Of a stretch of DNA of 62,841 nt, positions 48,427-58,467 are shown in pieces (the first letter of the stretch is position 1; the number at the start of each line of letters is the position of its first letter). The notes below the pieces were generated by a model. It ran no database searches. It was given only the letters and a program-made list of their open reading frames with translations, and was not told the origin of the DNA. The DNA is taken from positions 186,001-248,841 of the forward strand of contig MU005979.1 in the NCBI GenBank assembly GCA_010093745.1, written 5' to 3'. The DNA is from Piedraia hortae CBS 480.64 (taxonomy: Eukaryota). A program made the position numbers and the translations under genes.

Positions 48427-51264
48427 ATGTCAGACGAGACGGACGTCCAAGTGAAAGATGCTTCACCCAACCCTCCAGAAATCCTGCCGCTGTCGAAGTC
48501 TGTAAATTTAGCTGCGGGAGAGAAAGAACCGGAGCTCAATCTGCGAGACGGTGGTATCGAGAAGATCAGAGAAGATCAGTCTGAGGCCGGATCGTTGATG
48601 CGATCGCTTATTCAAAGAGAAGAGACGCCAAAGGAATTTGTACAGGCTAGGGCAGAGACGGAGCTCTTAAACACAGCCATTGAAGAGCATAACACTGTGG
48701 AAAAGACCGATATTAAGGAAGATGATTCAAAGCCTTTGAACATCAGCGCCAGGAATACGGTCGAAACTAGTGACGGCGACAACGACAGCGCCATCAGCAG
48801 CTCTTCACGCTCATCTCTTTCACGCAGAGCCATCAGAGCGTCCTCGCAACCATATGAGCCTTCGGAGCCTTCCGACACTGATCCAGTTCCCGCAAACCCA
48901 CGGAAGCGTCGATGCTCTGCTTCTTCGCCCAATAATCATCGAAAGCAACGAGTTTATCGCTCTGATGATTGTCCGCCCTCGCAAAAAAGGGCATCCTCAC
49001 TTCAGGCTGGAACTGGACGAAGACGAACGCTATCCATGCAGGGCTCTATCTCTGCAAAGCCAACAGGCAGACGTCCAGGTAGACCCCCAGGGAGCGGTGC
49101 AAAGAAAAAACGAGAGAGCATGCCGCCAGTACGTGATGCCAAGACAATCCGCGCACCGCGGGAATCTGATGCGTCGTCGGAGACGGCTTCGAATGGCCAG
49201 GTAGAGAGCAACGCCACTCTTCGTGGTAATCCAAGGTCTACTTCAACGCCAGGACGGCCATCGGGCCGCGAACTGAAGAGACATGTCAACAAATATGGCT
49301 TCACGCGGCTGGCTGAAGCGTGTGAAGACGGCAACTTGGAGCAGGTCAAGGAATGGCTTGCAAAAGATCGAGAACAGCTGGAGATTCCTGAATTTGCGGA
49401 GAACAAGCCGCTCCAGATTGCAGCTTTGAATGGCACCGCAGAGGTAGTGGCTTACCTCATCGAGCAAGGCTGTCAAATTGACTGTGCCAACGTCGACTTG
49501 GACACTCCGCTGATTGATGCCGCGGAAAATGGCCATCTTGATGTTGTTGAACTCCTCCTCGAAGCCGGGGTGAACCCGCTGAGGCAGAATAGAAAGGGCC
49601 AACAAGCGCTAGACGTCGTCAAGGAGGATGCCAAGGATGCTGACGGAATCAGAGACGCGCTAAAAGAGGCAATGAGGAAGTGGAACAGTGCCAATGCGAG
49701 ACAAGAAAGTGAGACGCTGGACGAGGTAAAGCACCACGCTGTAGGAACCAGCAAAGCGCTGCATTTCATGGCGCGTACATATGAGAACCTGCAACGCCTG
49801 GTCAAGGTTAATGACCGCGATGGCGTCCGCGAATTCCTCTCTTCGCATGTGCCGGTCGATAATAACATCATCGCCGACGCAGCCAAGACGGGCGATCAAT
49901 ATCTTGTCAACATGCTCTTGGCGGACATGACTGAGCAGAAGGCCCACCAAAAAGCAGAGAAGCCGTTGCTGGCTGTGCTCGGGACGAGCCAATTCGAGAT
50001 GGTCAAGCTTCTGACATCTCTGGATCAGTTCGATCCTTTGTTCCGTGACAAGGCGGGCAAGTCCTGGTGTGAGATTGCCGAGACTCTCAATGGACCGCAT
50101 GTGAAACAGGAGATGGAACTTTTGCGGCGTCTGCATGATAAACACGTGAATGGTACGCCGCCTGGAGACAGCCCAAGTCCTCGGACAAAGAAAGATGGCT
50201 CTTCACCTACTCTAGCAGGACGCGAGGTAGCACGTCGGAGGAGTGGCCGACGTTTGATGTCCCGAAAGGACATACAGGCCCAAGATGCTGAACATCTGGA
50301 GCTGGAAGCAACGGCATCGGCTTCAGAACACGAAGCAGAGGAACGTAAGCCAGCAAAGACCGTTATTTTCCCTACTCCGCCGCCAACCAATGGCGCACAG
50401 GCATCTGAAGGTACAGAAGTTCCCAGCACTGCACGCCAAGCGATGCCAGAGAACAGAGCGGAATTCGATGCTCAGCGAACACAGGAACCTCTAGATAACG
50501 CAGCTCCCATTTCTCCCAAGACCAAGGTCCAAAATCCTGCGAAAGAAGAAAATGGATTGTCGGCAAAAGAGGCTGACCAAGCCAACGGCGAGCGAGCACC
50601 AAGCGTAATTTTTAATGTGACTCAACAAGACCCCTGGGCTCAGCGGTGGCAGGACATAGCCTCGTCACTACCTACTGCCTTCCGGACCGCATTCGACACC
50701 GTACCCGCTACCAAAGGCGCATTCAAGGCCGCCATATCCTCTTGCCTACCGCTGCGCATCATCCGCGAGGAGCCATCTACATTTTGGGTTCTCAATATCC
50801 AAGCGGCGCCCCTCCTCGGTGCTAGAGGATGGGAGTTGTTTCTCACGCCTGTGAACCATGGTCCAAATCCCGCTGGGCTGCTCTCTCGCAGCTGGCCCAT
50901 CATCAACACCTTCTCCGCATCGGAGCGGACACGGATCAATCATGCGATTGAATCTCTTGTTTCGAGTGAACAGGAGCCACCGGAATCAGAACATATGTCA
51001 TCTTTCGATCGCATGCTCGCCCGCGCGAACAACATGCGCAACGCGAAAGACAGATGCACAAAAGTCCCACTCTTCTGCGTCAGACTGCAGGATATTGCGC
51101 CGCTGTTTGACAACGATGCTGATGTCCTCATCACCGCACAGCTCCCTTCGCCACTGCCTCCCGCGTGTCCAAAGGATTATTGCGGGAGTGGGAGAAAGAT
51201 TTTTGTGAATTATACAGAACTGTTAAGTGGTGTGAACTGTGGGACTAACGGTAACTACAGTTAA
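48427..51264 (+). CDS. Ankyrin-repeat protein, Hos4/Set3C-subunit-like
   Basis: Ankyrin repeats KPLQIAALNG and TPLIDAAENGHLDVVELLL; AT-hook-like RRPGRPP; low-complexity flanks. Confidence 0.8.
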   Translation: MSDETDVQVKDASPNPPEILPLSKSVNLAAGEKEPELNLRDGGIEKIREDQSEAGSLMRSLIQREETPKEFVQARAETELLNTAIEEHNTVEKTDIKEDDSKPLNISARNTVETSDGDNDSAISSSSRSSLSRRAIRASSQPYEPSEPSDTDPVPANPRKRRCSASSPNNHRKQRVYRSDDCPPSQKRASSLQAGTGRRRTLSMQGSISAKPTGRRPGRPPGSGAKKKRESMPPVRDAKTIRAPRESDASSETASNGQVESNATLRGNPRSTSTPGRPSGRELKRHVNKYGFTRLAEACEDGNLEQVKEWLAKDREQLEIPEFAENKPLQIAALNGTAEVVAYLIEQGCQIDCANVDLDTPLIDAAENGHLDVVELLLEAGVNPLRQNRKGQQALDVVKEDAKDADGIRDALKEAMRKWNSANARQESETLDEVKHHAVGTSKALHFMARTYENLQRLVKVNDRDGVREFLSSHVPVDNNIIADAAKTGDQYLVNMLLADMTEQKAHQKAEKPLLAVLGTSQFEMVKLLTSLDQFDPLFRDKAGKSWCEIAETLNGPHVKQEMELLRRLHDKHVNGTPPGDSPSPRTKKDGSSPTLAGREVARRRSGRRLMSRKDIQAQDAEHLELEATASASEHEAEERKPAKTVIFPTPPPTNGAQASEGTEVPSTARQAMPENRAEFDAQRTQEPLDNAAPISPKTKVQNPAKEENGLSAKEADQANGERAPSVIFNVTQQDPWAQRWQDIASSLPTAFRTAFDTVPATKGAFKAAISSCLPLRIIREEPSTFWVLNIQAAPLLGARGWELFLTPVNHGPNPAGLLSRSWPIINTFSASERTRINHAIESLVSSEQEPPESEHMSSFDRMLARANNMRNAKDRCTKVPLFCVRLQDIAPLFDNDADVLITAQLPSPLPPACPKDYCGSGRKIFVNYTELLSGVNCGTNGNYS

Positions 51265-51767
51265 GGGGAAGGGGGTCGAGTTTTTTCCTTGTCTTTATGA
51301 TACCCAATGAACTTGTGTCACTATCGACCATGACAAGCTCTGCTCATTTTGCGAACGATTTTAGTTCATATACCCCGAAGCCGACTAACGGTATACCGCG
51401 TCCAATTTTCTAAATAGGGATGCATCTCCAATGTTCCTCAATGTCGCGAAGTCCGTGTTCACTGTGATTGTCTTCTAGATCACCAACTCGAGCATGGCAC
51501 AAGATTTCCAAATGCCCACGACTCCACAGTCACGCCCCTGATGGAAGTGCCTTTCGGTTTGGGCTTTATCGTAGCACCAAAGAACACAGGTATATTTCTT
51601 GCAGTAACGCGCAGTTCTGCGGTAGGAGTTGCGTAGACTGCTGACACTAGTGGTGTATTATCTGACCATATTTATGTACCATTACCAGTTAATAAAGACA
51701 ATGCGCTCCGTGCTCGCGCCTCAGGCAAAAAACACGCGCCAAACACCTGCGAGACTAAGCGCAATCC

Positions 51768-51980
51768 GCCAAGACATTTGATAATTGAGCAGCGTGAGAA
51801 GAGAATCTTCGCCTTTCGACTGCCTCGTGATCGACAAGTGAACTATACCTGTCGCACGCGTGCGGCCGCCTGCCACGGCCTGTCACTGTTGGTTTTTCTT
51901 TCCCTCCAACTTTCCATCCGCCGAGTTTTACTTTGCCAAGATATCGCCAAGACTTTGTATCGCCAAGACATTCGGCCAAG
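51768..51980 (+). promoter_or_regulatory. Cluster of five PacC consensus sites (GCCARG)
   Basis: GCCAAG at 51768, 51935, 51946, 51962 and 51975, directly upstream of the pacC-like ATG. Confidence 0.65.
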
Positions 51981-51984
51981 GAAA

Positions 51985-53073
51985 ATGAGCGGGACACTGC
52001 AGACACTATCGGAAGCCGTAGATGCGGCCGCCGCACAGCAAGAGCAACAAGCTCAACAGGCACAACAGGTACAGGCTCACCATGCGCAATTGTCCCTGGC
52101 CATCAACGTCGGCGACAACCTTGTGTGTCTCTGGAATGCGTGTGGTGTTCGGCGCGACTCTCCTAAATCGCTTTATGTATGTCTCTGCCTTCTCCACCCC
52201 CCACTTCAGCTGACAAGGCTACAGGATCACGTCTGCTTAGACCACATCGGACGCAAATCAACTAACAACCTCTCTCTTAACTGTCACTGGGGTAATTGCG
52301 ATGTTACCACAGTGAAGCGTGACCACATTACTTCGCACATTCGCGTGCACATTCCGTTAAAACCATACAAGTGCGATCAATGCACCAAAACATTCAAACG
52401 ACCACAGGACCTCAAAAAACACACGAGGACTCACACTGAGGATCACCATTCAGTAGCTAACCGCGGCAGCAGTGTTCACCCAGGTCGTAAGTCTTTTGGG
52501 GGATGGATTGCCGTCGATCCAGCATTGACATGGGATGCAGATGCTCAGGCTGCTCAGGCTCAAGCTCAAGCTCAAGCCCAAGCAATATACTACGCTCAAC
52601 CGCCGCATACTGCTATAGACACTTACCCAGCATACACAGCCTCCATGTCTGCACCTACAGATGGTTATCCCGCCGCTCCCTTTCACCCGCCACAGTACGC
52701 GACCTACGACTCTCAAGGGTACGCAGCTTATGATCAAATGGAGCGAGGCAGTGAATATCCCAGCCATGAGCAACTGGTAAGCCATAACTATTCCGGCCAC
52801 GAGGAAACCAACGGCTACGCCGGCCCTGAACAAATGGAGCCAGCCACCGAGTATCCCGGTCACGAGCAATTAGTAGAACACAACAGCTATCACAGACAGG
52901 AGCACGATGCATATTCCGCACAGGAGCAAAGCAGCAGTTATACCGGGCAGGAGCACAACGACTATGCCGCACAAGAACAAGCTAACAGCTATCCTGAACA
53001 GGAGCACAGTGGCTATTCTGGGCCGGAGCAAAGCAGCGGCTACCCGGCACATGATCTGGCGGCTGGTTGTTGA
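51985..53073 (+). CDS. pacC: PacC/Rim101-type C2H2 transcription factor, C-terminally short
   Basis: [43 protein letters not shown] signature. Introns 52177-52224 and 52487-52540. About 328 aa. Confidence 0.88.
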   Translation: MSGTLQTLSEAVDAAAAQQEQQAQQAQQVQAHHAQLSLAINVGDNLVCLWNACGVRRDSPKSLYVCLCLLHPPLQLTRLQDHVCLDHIGRKSTNNLSLNCHWGNCDVTTVKRDHITSHIRVHIPLKPYKCDQCTKTFKRPQDLKKHTRTHTEDHHSVANRGSSVHPGRKSFGGWIAVDPALTWDADAQAAQAQAQAQAQAIYYAQPPHTAIDTYPAYTASMSAPTDGYPAAPFHPPQYATYDSQGYAAYDQMERGSEYPSHEQLVSHNYSGHEETNGYAGPEQMEPATEYPGHEQLVEHNSYHRQEHDAYSAQEQSSSYTGQEHNDYAAQEQANSYPEQEHSGYSGPEQSSGYPAHDLAAGC

Positions 53074-53324
53074 GGTAGGCAATGTTTTGACGTCTTGAGA
53101 TAGTTTCCTTAGATACGATACCTCATCTCTTACCATTCTTTTGTAATCACTTTGGGTATACAAGGTTGCGAGAATCGTCTGTGGTCAAGGCCGACCTGGA
53201 AGCGATGTGATGCGTGTGACATAATGTGACACTTGTAAAGAGTCTCGAGACTGTGAAGGGTTAGGTTTCTCCCCACGTCCGCCTGTCAACTGTCCCCCGC
53301 ACGTTAGCGATCAAATGTCGCAAA

Positions 53325-54279
53325 ATGTCAAATCCTTCGGGGAGTAGCAATTTTCGCTATCGTACAATCCTCGAAGTGGGCATTTTCGCTGCTGCACTTT
53401 ATTTCTTTTTTGGTCCTTCTCTTACTTCTTCTTCTTCTGTTCCAGACAGATCTGTAAGAACAAGCAGTCATCGAAAGGTGCCGGATAACCTCATCCGTCC
53501 AGCGCCAGATCTCAAATGTCCTGAAAGGAACTACTCTATAAAGATTTTCAGCTACGAACCGCTTGTGGTTATTGTAGATGGGTTTCTTGGGGAAGAGGAG
53601 AGTGAGACGCTGATGGACATGAGGTTAGTTGCTTTATCCATACGCTGCCATGTTGTCTTGTGGGTATAGTGAAGCTGGGCTGACGAGTCCAATCAGCGAA
53701 GAGTCTTTCAAACCCGCTACAATTCACAACGCGGACGAAGAAGTCTTTGATCCATCCGTCAGAAACTCGTTCATTGCGCCTCTGTCGCAGCTCGCTCGAC
53801 AGGACAGCATAGTCGGTAAGACGGTACAATGTCTTGAATCACGCGCTCTTTCTTTCCAGGGCTGGCCCGCTCACTCTTATATCGAACCGCTCTATACCCA
53901 GAAATATGTTCCTGGAGGACACTACTCCCTCCACTACGACTGGGGAAGCGCAAATAAAAATGCGCGCCGGGAGAGTACCTTTATGGTTTACGTGTCCGCT
54001 TCGGGCGATGGGGGTTTTGAAGGTGGTGGGACGTGGTTCCCCCGTCTTTCCTCGCCTGTGAGTGAGGAATGTGGTAATGACTCGCAATGGTGCGAGTACA
54101 TTGAATGTGGCGGTCAGAGGGAAGGTGTTACATTTAGACCGAAAGCTGGTCGGGCGGTTTTTTGGAGGAACTTTGACGCCAACGGAATGGGTTACAAGGA
54201 GCTAATTCATGCGGGCTTAGAGGTTAAAAAAGGCGTGAAAGTGGGACTAAATATTTGGACGTGGTACTATAGGAGTTAG
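53325..54279 (+). CDS. Prolyl 4-hydroxylase-like 2OG-Fe(II) oxygenase with N-terminal anchor
   Basis: FSYEPLVVIVDGFL, HYDW (HxD), FEGGGTWFP and HAGLEV..GVKVGLNIW motifs; intron 53624-53669. Confidence 0.87.
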
Positions 54280-54615
54280 CTGAAGTTCAGCCCAGATGTC
54301 AACAGCGAGCATCATTCCCCTGGCGTAAAGCGGGGAAGCGGGGTTGGTGTGCGGGGAACATTACGTAATTGCCAACCTCCTGCGACGAAAGCCAGAGCTT
54401 CTTTTGCGAGTTCATCTGGACTCGACCCTATAGAATGTTCCCTGCTTTTACAACGTGGCGTTGGCCGGCTTGCTGCTTTGAACAAATCCAGGCTTCTTGG
54501 CAGTGTTTGCTTATTTGGTGTATACAGCATTCTGAGGTCATCATGCACGTAGCAAGTGAGTCTGGGCGGGAGTGTAGATACATGAAATGCCCTGCTTCTC
54601 TTCGTCTGCACAATC

Positions 54616-56589
54616 ATGCATTCTCTCCTTGCCATTGTAACTGCTGCAACATTTGTGTCAGCTTGGAGCAATTCTGTCCAGGATGAAACCCCCAAGTATG
54701 GCGTTGGCCCACCTGGATATCCTGGTAGACACTGCTCAACTCTTACGACAGATGATGTCCTGAGCATGGGAAATAACTCCCTCTTCACTAGATGGCGTCC
54801 AGTCTCTCGCTTTATGCCTCCATCTGGCTGGGTGAATGACCCTTGCGGTGCCATGTACGATCCACTTCGAGGCAACTACCACTTGTTCTACCAATGGCAT
54901 AACAACCATGTCAACTGGGGCAATATGACTTGGGGACATGCCATCAGCAAAAATTTGGTTACATGGACCGACGTGGGCGGATGGCGGGATGGCCAAGCCG
55001 CCGCTATTGCTCCATCAACTTTTGGCGACTATGATGGTCTAGGCATTTGGACCGGATCAGGTCAGCCAGTGAACCTTCACGGCGAAGCCGACGGAACTCT
55101 TACGGTCATGTACACCACCATATCTGACTTGCCCACTGGCTGGGCATTGGAATATATCCCATTCACAGAGACGCAAAGCCTTGCTACTAGCAAAGATGGC
55201 GGTCTGACTTGGCAGAAATATGGAGGTAATCCAGTGATGAATACTACGAAGAATATGGCGCCCATGGATTGGAATATCACTGGTTTCCGTGATCCCCATT
55301 TCCAGCCTTTGCCTGCCATGGACGCGTTGCTTGGTGTATCTGAACCACATTATTACGCAGTTTTCGGATCCGGAATCCACGGCGTTGGTCCCCGCATGCC
55401 ACTATGGACTGCACCCGCGAGGGACTTGACCGATTGGAAGTTCTTGGGTGCATTGTGGGAGCCAACAGGCAACTCTTCCCTTGGCCCTGTACTGGCCTCT
55501 GGGAGTCTTGGGTATAACTTTGAGTGTTCAAATTTTTTCATCCTACCTGACAGCAAAGGAAAGCTGCATTACTTCATCACTGCCGGGACCGAAGGTGGAA
55601 ACACCACTTTCCATGAGAACCCTCACTGGTCCATTTGGCAAGAAGGTACAATGAGCCGCCGAGCAAACGGTAGCGCGCAATTCACTCCCATTGCTGGAGG
55701 ACAAGCAGATAGCGAGATTAGCTATGCACTGGCTACATTCAATGACACCAAGCACGACCGTCGCGTGCAGTGGGCATGGATCAGCGAAGACATTGCTGCC
55801 AATAGTGGACGGTTTGGTGGTTCGTTTAGCATTACCCAGCAAGGTTTCCAGGGCGCCTACGCTCTGCCTCGCGAGGTCTTTGTCCATGAGATGGACAATG
55901 TCGTTGATGAAGATGGATCTCTAGCAAAAGCCAAAATCAGCGTCCTCGACAACGACGGCCACGCACACACACTCGGCGTGCGGCCACTGCCCGATGTTGT
56001 GGCTGCCATCAACGCAAAAGCCCACCACCGCACCTTTGCCAAGAAACAATACACATCTACACAGATGCTCCAGAAATGGGGAGATTCTCACATGGAGTTC
56101 AAAGCGACATTTGGAGCTTCCAAGGGTGCCTTTGGTGTCGTCGTCGCCGCATCACCAGACATGAAAGAATTCACCACCATTAGCTATGAGCCATCCAATA
56201 ACACCATTCTCATTGACCGCTCCCACAGCAGCATCATCGAAGGCTTCAACAAGGCTACAGTCACGGGATACTTCCAGCCCAACACCCTTCGCAAGGATGG
56301 GAAAACTGAGAGAGAAGACATCACCATGGACGTTTTCATCGATGGTTCACTATTGGAGGTGTATATCAATGATCGCTTTGTCTCCATCGGTAGAATATAC
56401 CCTGGCCAATCGTGCAGTACCGGGTTCGGCGTGTACGTTGCGCCTGGCGCCGAAGTCGATGTCCTGAAAATGGATGCCTGGTTGGGCACGCTGGATGTCT
56501 GGCCGGAGCGCCCTGCGAACAGCAGTTCGAAGCTTGTCTACGATACCCCTGAGCAGTCTGGTAATGGGACCTGGTGGCAGGGGAATTAG
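54616..56589 (+). CDS. Secreted GH32 beta-fructofuranosidase/inulinase
   Basis: Signal peptide; catalytic motifs WVNDP, FRDP and FEC; C-terminal beta-sandwich (DGSLLEVYIND). Confidence 0.95.
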   Translation: MHSLLAIVTAATFVSAWSNSVQDETPKYGVGPPGYPGRHCSTLTTDDVLSMGNNSLFTRWRPVSRFMPPSGWVNDPCGAMYDPLRGNYHLFYQWHNNHVNWGNMTWGHAISKNLVTWTDVGGWRDGQAAAIAPSTFGDYDGLGIWTGSGQPVNLHGEADGTLTVMYTTISDLPTGWALEYIPFTETQSLATSKDGGLTWQKYGGNPVMNTTKNMAPMDWNITGFRDPHFQPLPAMDALLGVSEPHYYAVFGSGIHGVGPRMPLWTAPARDLTDWKFLGALWEPTGNSSLGPVLASGSLGYNFECSNFFILPDSKGKLHYFITAGTEGGNTTFHENPHWSIWQEGTMSRRANGSAQFTPIAGGQADSEISYALATFNDTKHDRRVQWAWISEDIAANSGRFGGSFSITQQGFQGAYALPREVFVHEMDNVVDEDGSLAKAKISVLDNDGHAHTLGVRPLPDVVAAINAKAHHRTFAKKQYTSTQMLQKWGDSHMEFKATFGASKGAFGVVVAASPDMKEFTTISYEPSNNTILIDRSHSSIIEGFNKATVTGYFQPNTLRKDGKTEREDITMDVFIDGSLLEVYINDRFVSIGRIYPGQSCSTGFGVYVAPGAEVDVLKMDAWLGTLDVWPERPANSSSKLVYDTPEQSGNGTWWQGN

Positions 56590-56897
56590 TGTACAATATA
56601 TGCACCAATCATATTGAAACCGTGATTACCCAAATGTTCCTTCCAGACTCCACAGGCGACGTGTGAGTAAAGTGCCCAAGCGTATCTCCCTCTGGAGAAA
56701 ATACAACCTTTCCTTTCAACAGTCCCACACACTCACGCACAAGTCATTAAAATTCACCATGAACTTTCTCTTCACAAAGTACTTTCCCCTTCCCTACCAT
56801 CAATCTTCCCCTTGTAAATGCTTCCCCCCTCACCCCCCCCCCCCCCCTTCCAAACCTTTCTTCTTTCAAAACACACCCCTTTTGTTGAAAATAGAAA

Positions 56898-57470
56898 ATG
56901 GCCGATAAAGCAATCCTCTACATCAAGCGCGCACAGCGCTATATTGACCTTGAAAAGCTGCCTATCCGAGACATGCCAGTTTCAGTCTTTGATATCGATG
57001 AAATCAGGCAGCGTAAAGAACACAACCTCGAAATGGCTATTAAGGTTTTCAAGGGGGTTTTGTGTAGTGAACATGAGAGGGAGGGTGGTCAAGTTGAGAA
57101 GGAGTGGGAGGGAGAGGGAGAGGAGCAGGGGGGGAAGCACCAGGACAGGCCAGAGGGTAAGTATCAGAGCAACTGCGAGGTTAAAAAGCCCGCAAAAGAA
57201 CAGGAGGGTGAGCAGACTAGCCCCATAGAGGGATGCGGCGGTGAGTGTTTTAAGGGTAAGGAGGGATGTGTGAAACATTGGGGTGAGTGGCGGGATGGGT
57301 GGGGGGTTGGACAACACAAAGAAGGATGGGTGAAGGGGGGTAAGGGTAGGCATGCTCCGCCGCATGCACGTGTCGAGACGGGTGAGGATTTTGATGAAGT
57401 GGTTCACCCATATTGTGGGCCTAGTAGGCACAGGAAGAAACCGGTTTGTATGTTGCATGGATGGGATTAG
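56898..57470 (+). CDS. Hypothetical protein (orphan A), charged with a His/Cys tail
   Basis: 190-aa ORF with AAAATG context; N-terminal similarity to the next ORF. Confidence 0.55.
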   Translation: MADKAILYIKRAQRYIDLEKLPIRDMPVSVFDIDEIRQRKEHNLEMAIKVFKGVLCSEHEREGGQVEKEWEGEGEEQGGKHQDRPEGKYQSNCEVKKPAKEQEGEQTSPIEGCGGECFKGKEGCVKHWGEWRDGWGVGQHKEGWVKGGKGRHAPPHARVETGEDFDEVVHPYCGPSRHRKKPVCMLHGWD

Positions 57471-57954
57471 GTGGGTTAGATCTGGGGAGGGGAAATGTGT
57501 AGTTAGGTGGGGTTTATAATGGTTTTTCTGTGAATTTGTCTTCTTGTGTCCCTTTTCCAAGTAGGTGATCTTATCAATTAAATTGAAGATGAAGAGAAAT
57601 GCCTGCGGCTCATCATGATTAACATATGCCGCTGCCAAATTCATCTGTGCAGCGTTTCTGCTTCAGTTCGTGCCAAGCGACGGATACCAAATTTCTTCCG
57701 CACGCACAAGTCTCAGCAGCCCCCGTCTCTCTGCACAGCTCCCATCTTCAAAACACCCATGTTCACATTTTCATATCCACGAACCAACCCTCCACAACTT
57801 ACCCCTTCAGGATACCAGACTTGGTGCACATGCTTCCTCATTGAAAAAACTCACCCTCCACCACGCTCCTCCCTTGACCCAATCCCTCCTCCCTAAAGTC
57901 CTGGCTCCCCTATAGAAACCCACCCCTCCCCTCTTAACAAAGCCAACAACAAAA

Positions 57955-58467
57955 ATGTCCGCCGAAGCAATCTGCCTCAACAAGCGCGCAGAGCGCGCCT
58001 GCGAGCTCGACCGCATGGCGACCGAGGAGAACTGGTCCGAATCCGTAATTAACCGTTCGGAAGTCAGGAATGCAGGAGATATGTTCATTGCCCGAGCGCT
58101 TCAGGTCCTAGAGAACAAGCAGCAGGAGACTGAAGAGAAAGCAAGCAAGAAAAGTCTCAACGAGGGCGATCTCGAGATGGAGACTCGGAGAAAGACTGCG
58201 TGTGTCGAAGATTGGCTTGGGAATGAGCAAGGTTTCGAGGAGGGGTTTAAGGAGGATACGAAGAATCTGAAGGAGGGAAAGAAGGGTAAGGGAGTCGGTA
58301 TGGATGCTTCGCACGGTTATATGCGACACCACTGTCTTGGGCCGACGTGCATTCCTGAGGATGGAGAGGAGAAGAGGTTTCGTACTCGTGAGGGTCGGCA
58401 TGGTCTTGGGTGTCATTGCTGCCACCACCCGTGCCTGTTGTGTGCGTCGGGGGTTAGTGCACTTTGA
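57955..58467 (+). CDS. Hypothetical protein (orphan B) with a Cys/His-rich tail
   Basis: 170-aa ORF with AAAATG context; CHCCHHPCLLC tail. Confidence 0.55.
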   Translation: MSAEAICLNKRAERACELDRMATEENWSESVINRSEVRNAGDMFIARALQVLENKQQETEEKASKKSLNEGDLEMETRRKTACVEDWLGNEQGFEEGFKEDTKNLKEGKKGKGVGMDASHGYMRHHCLGPTCIPEDGEEKRFRTREGRHGLGCHCCHHPCLLCASGVSAL

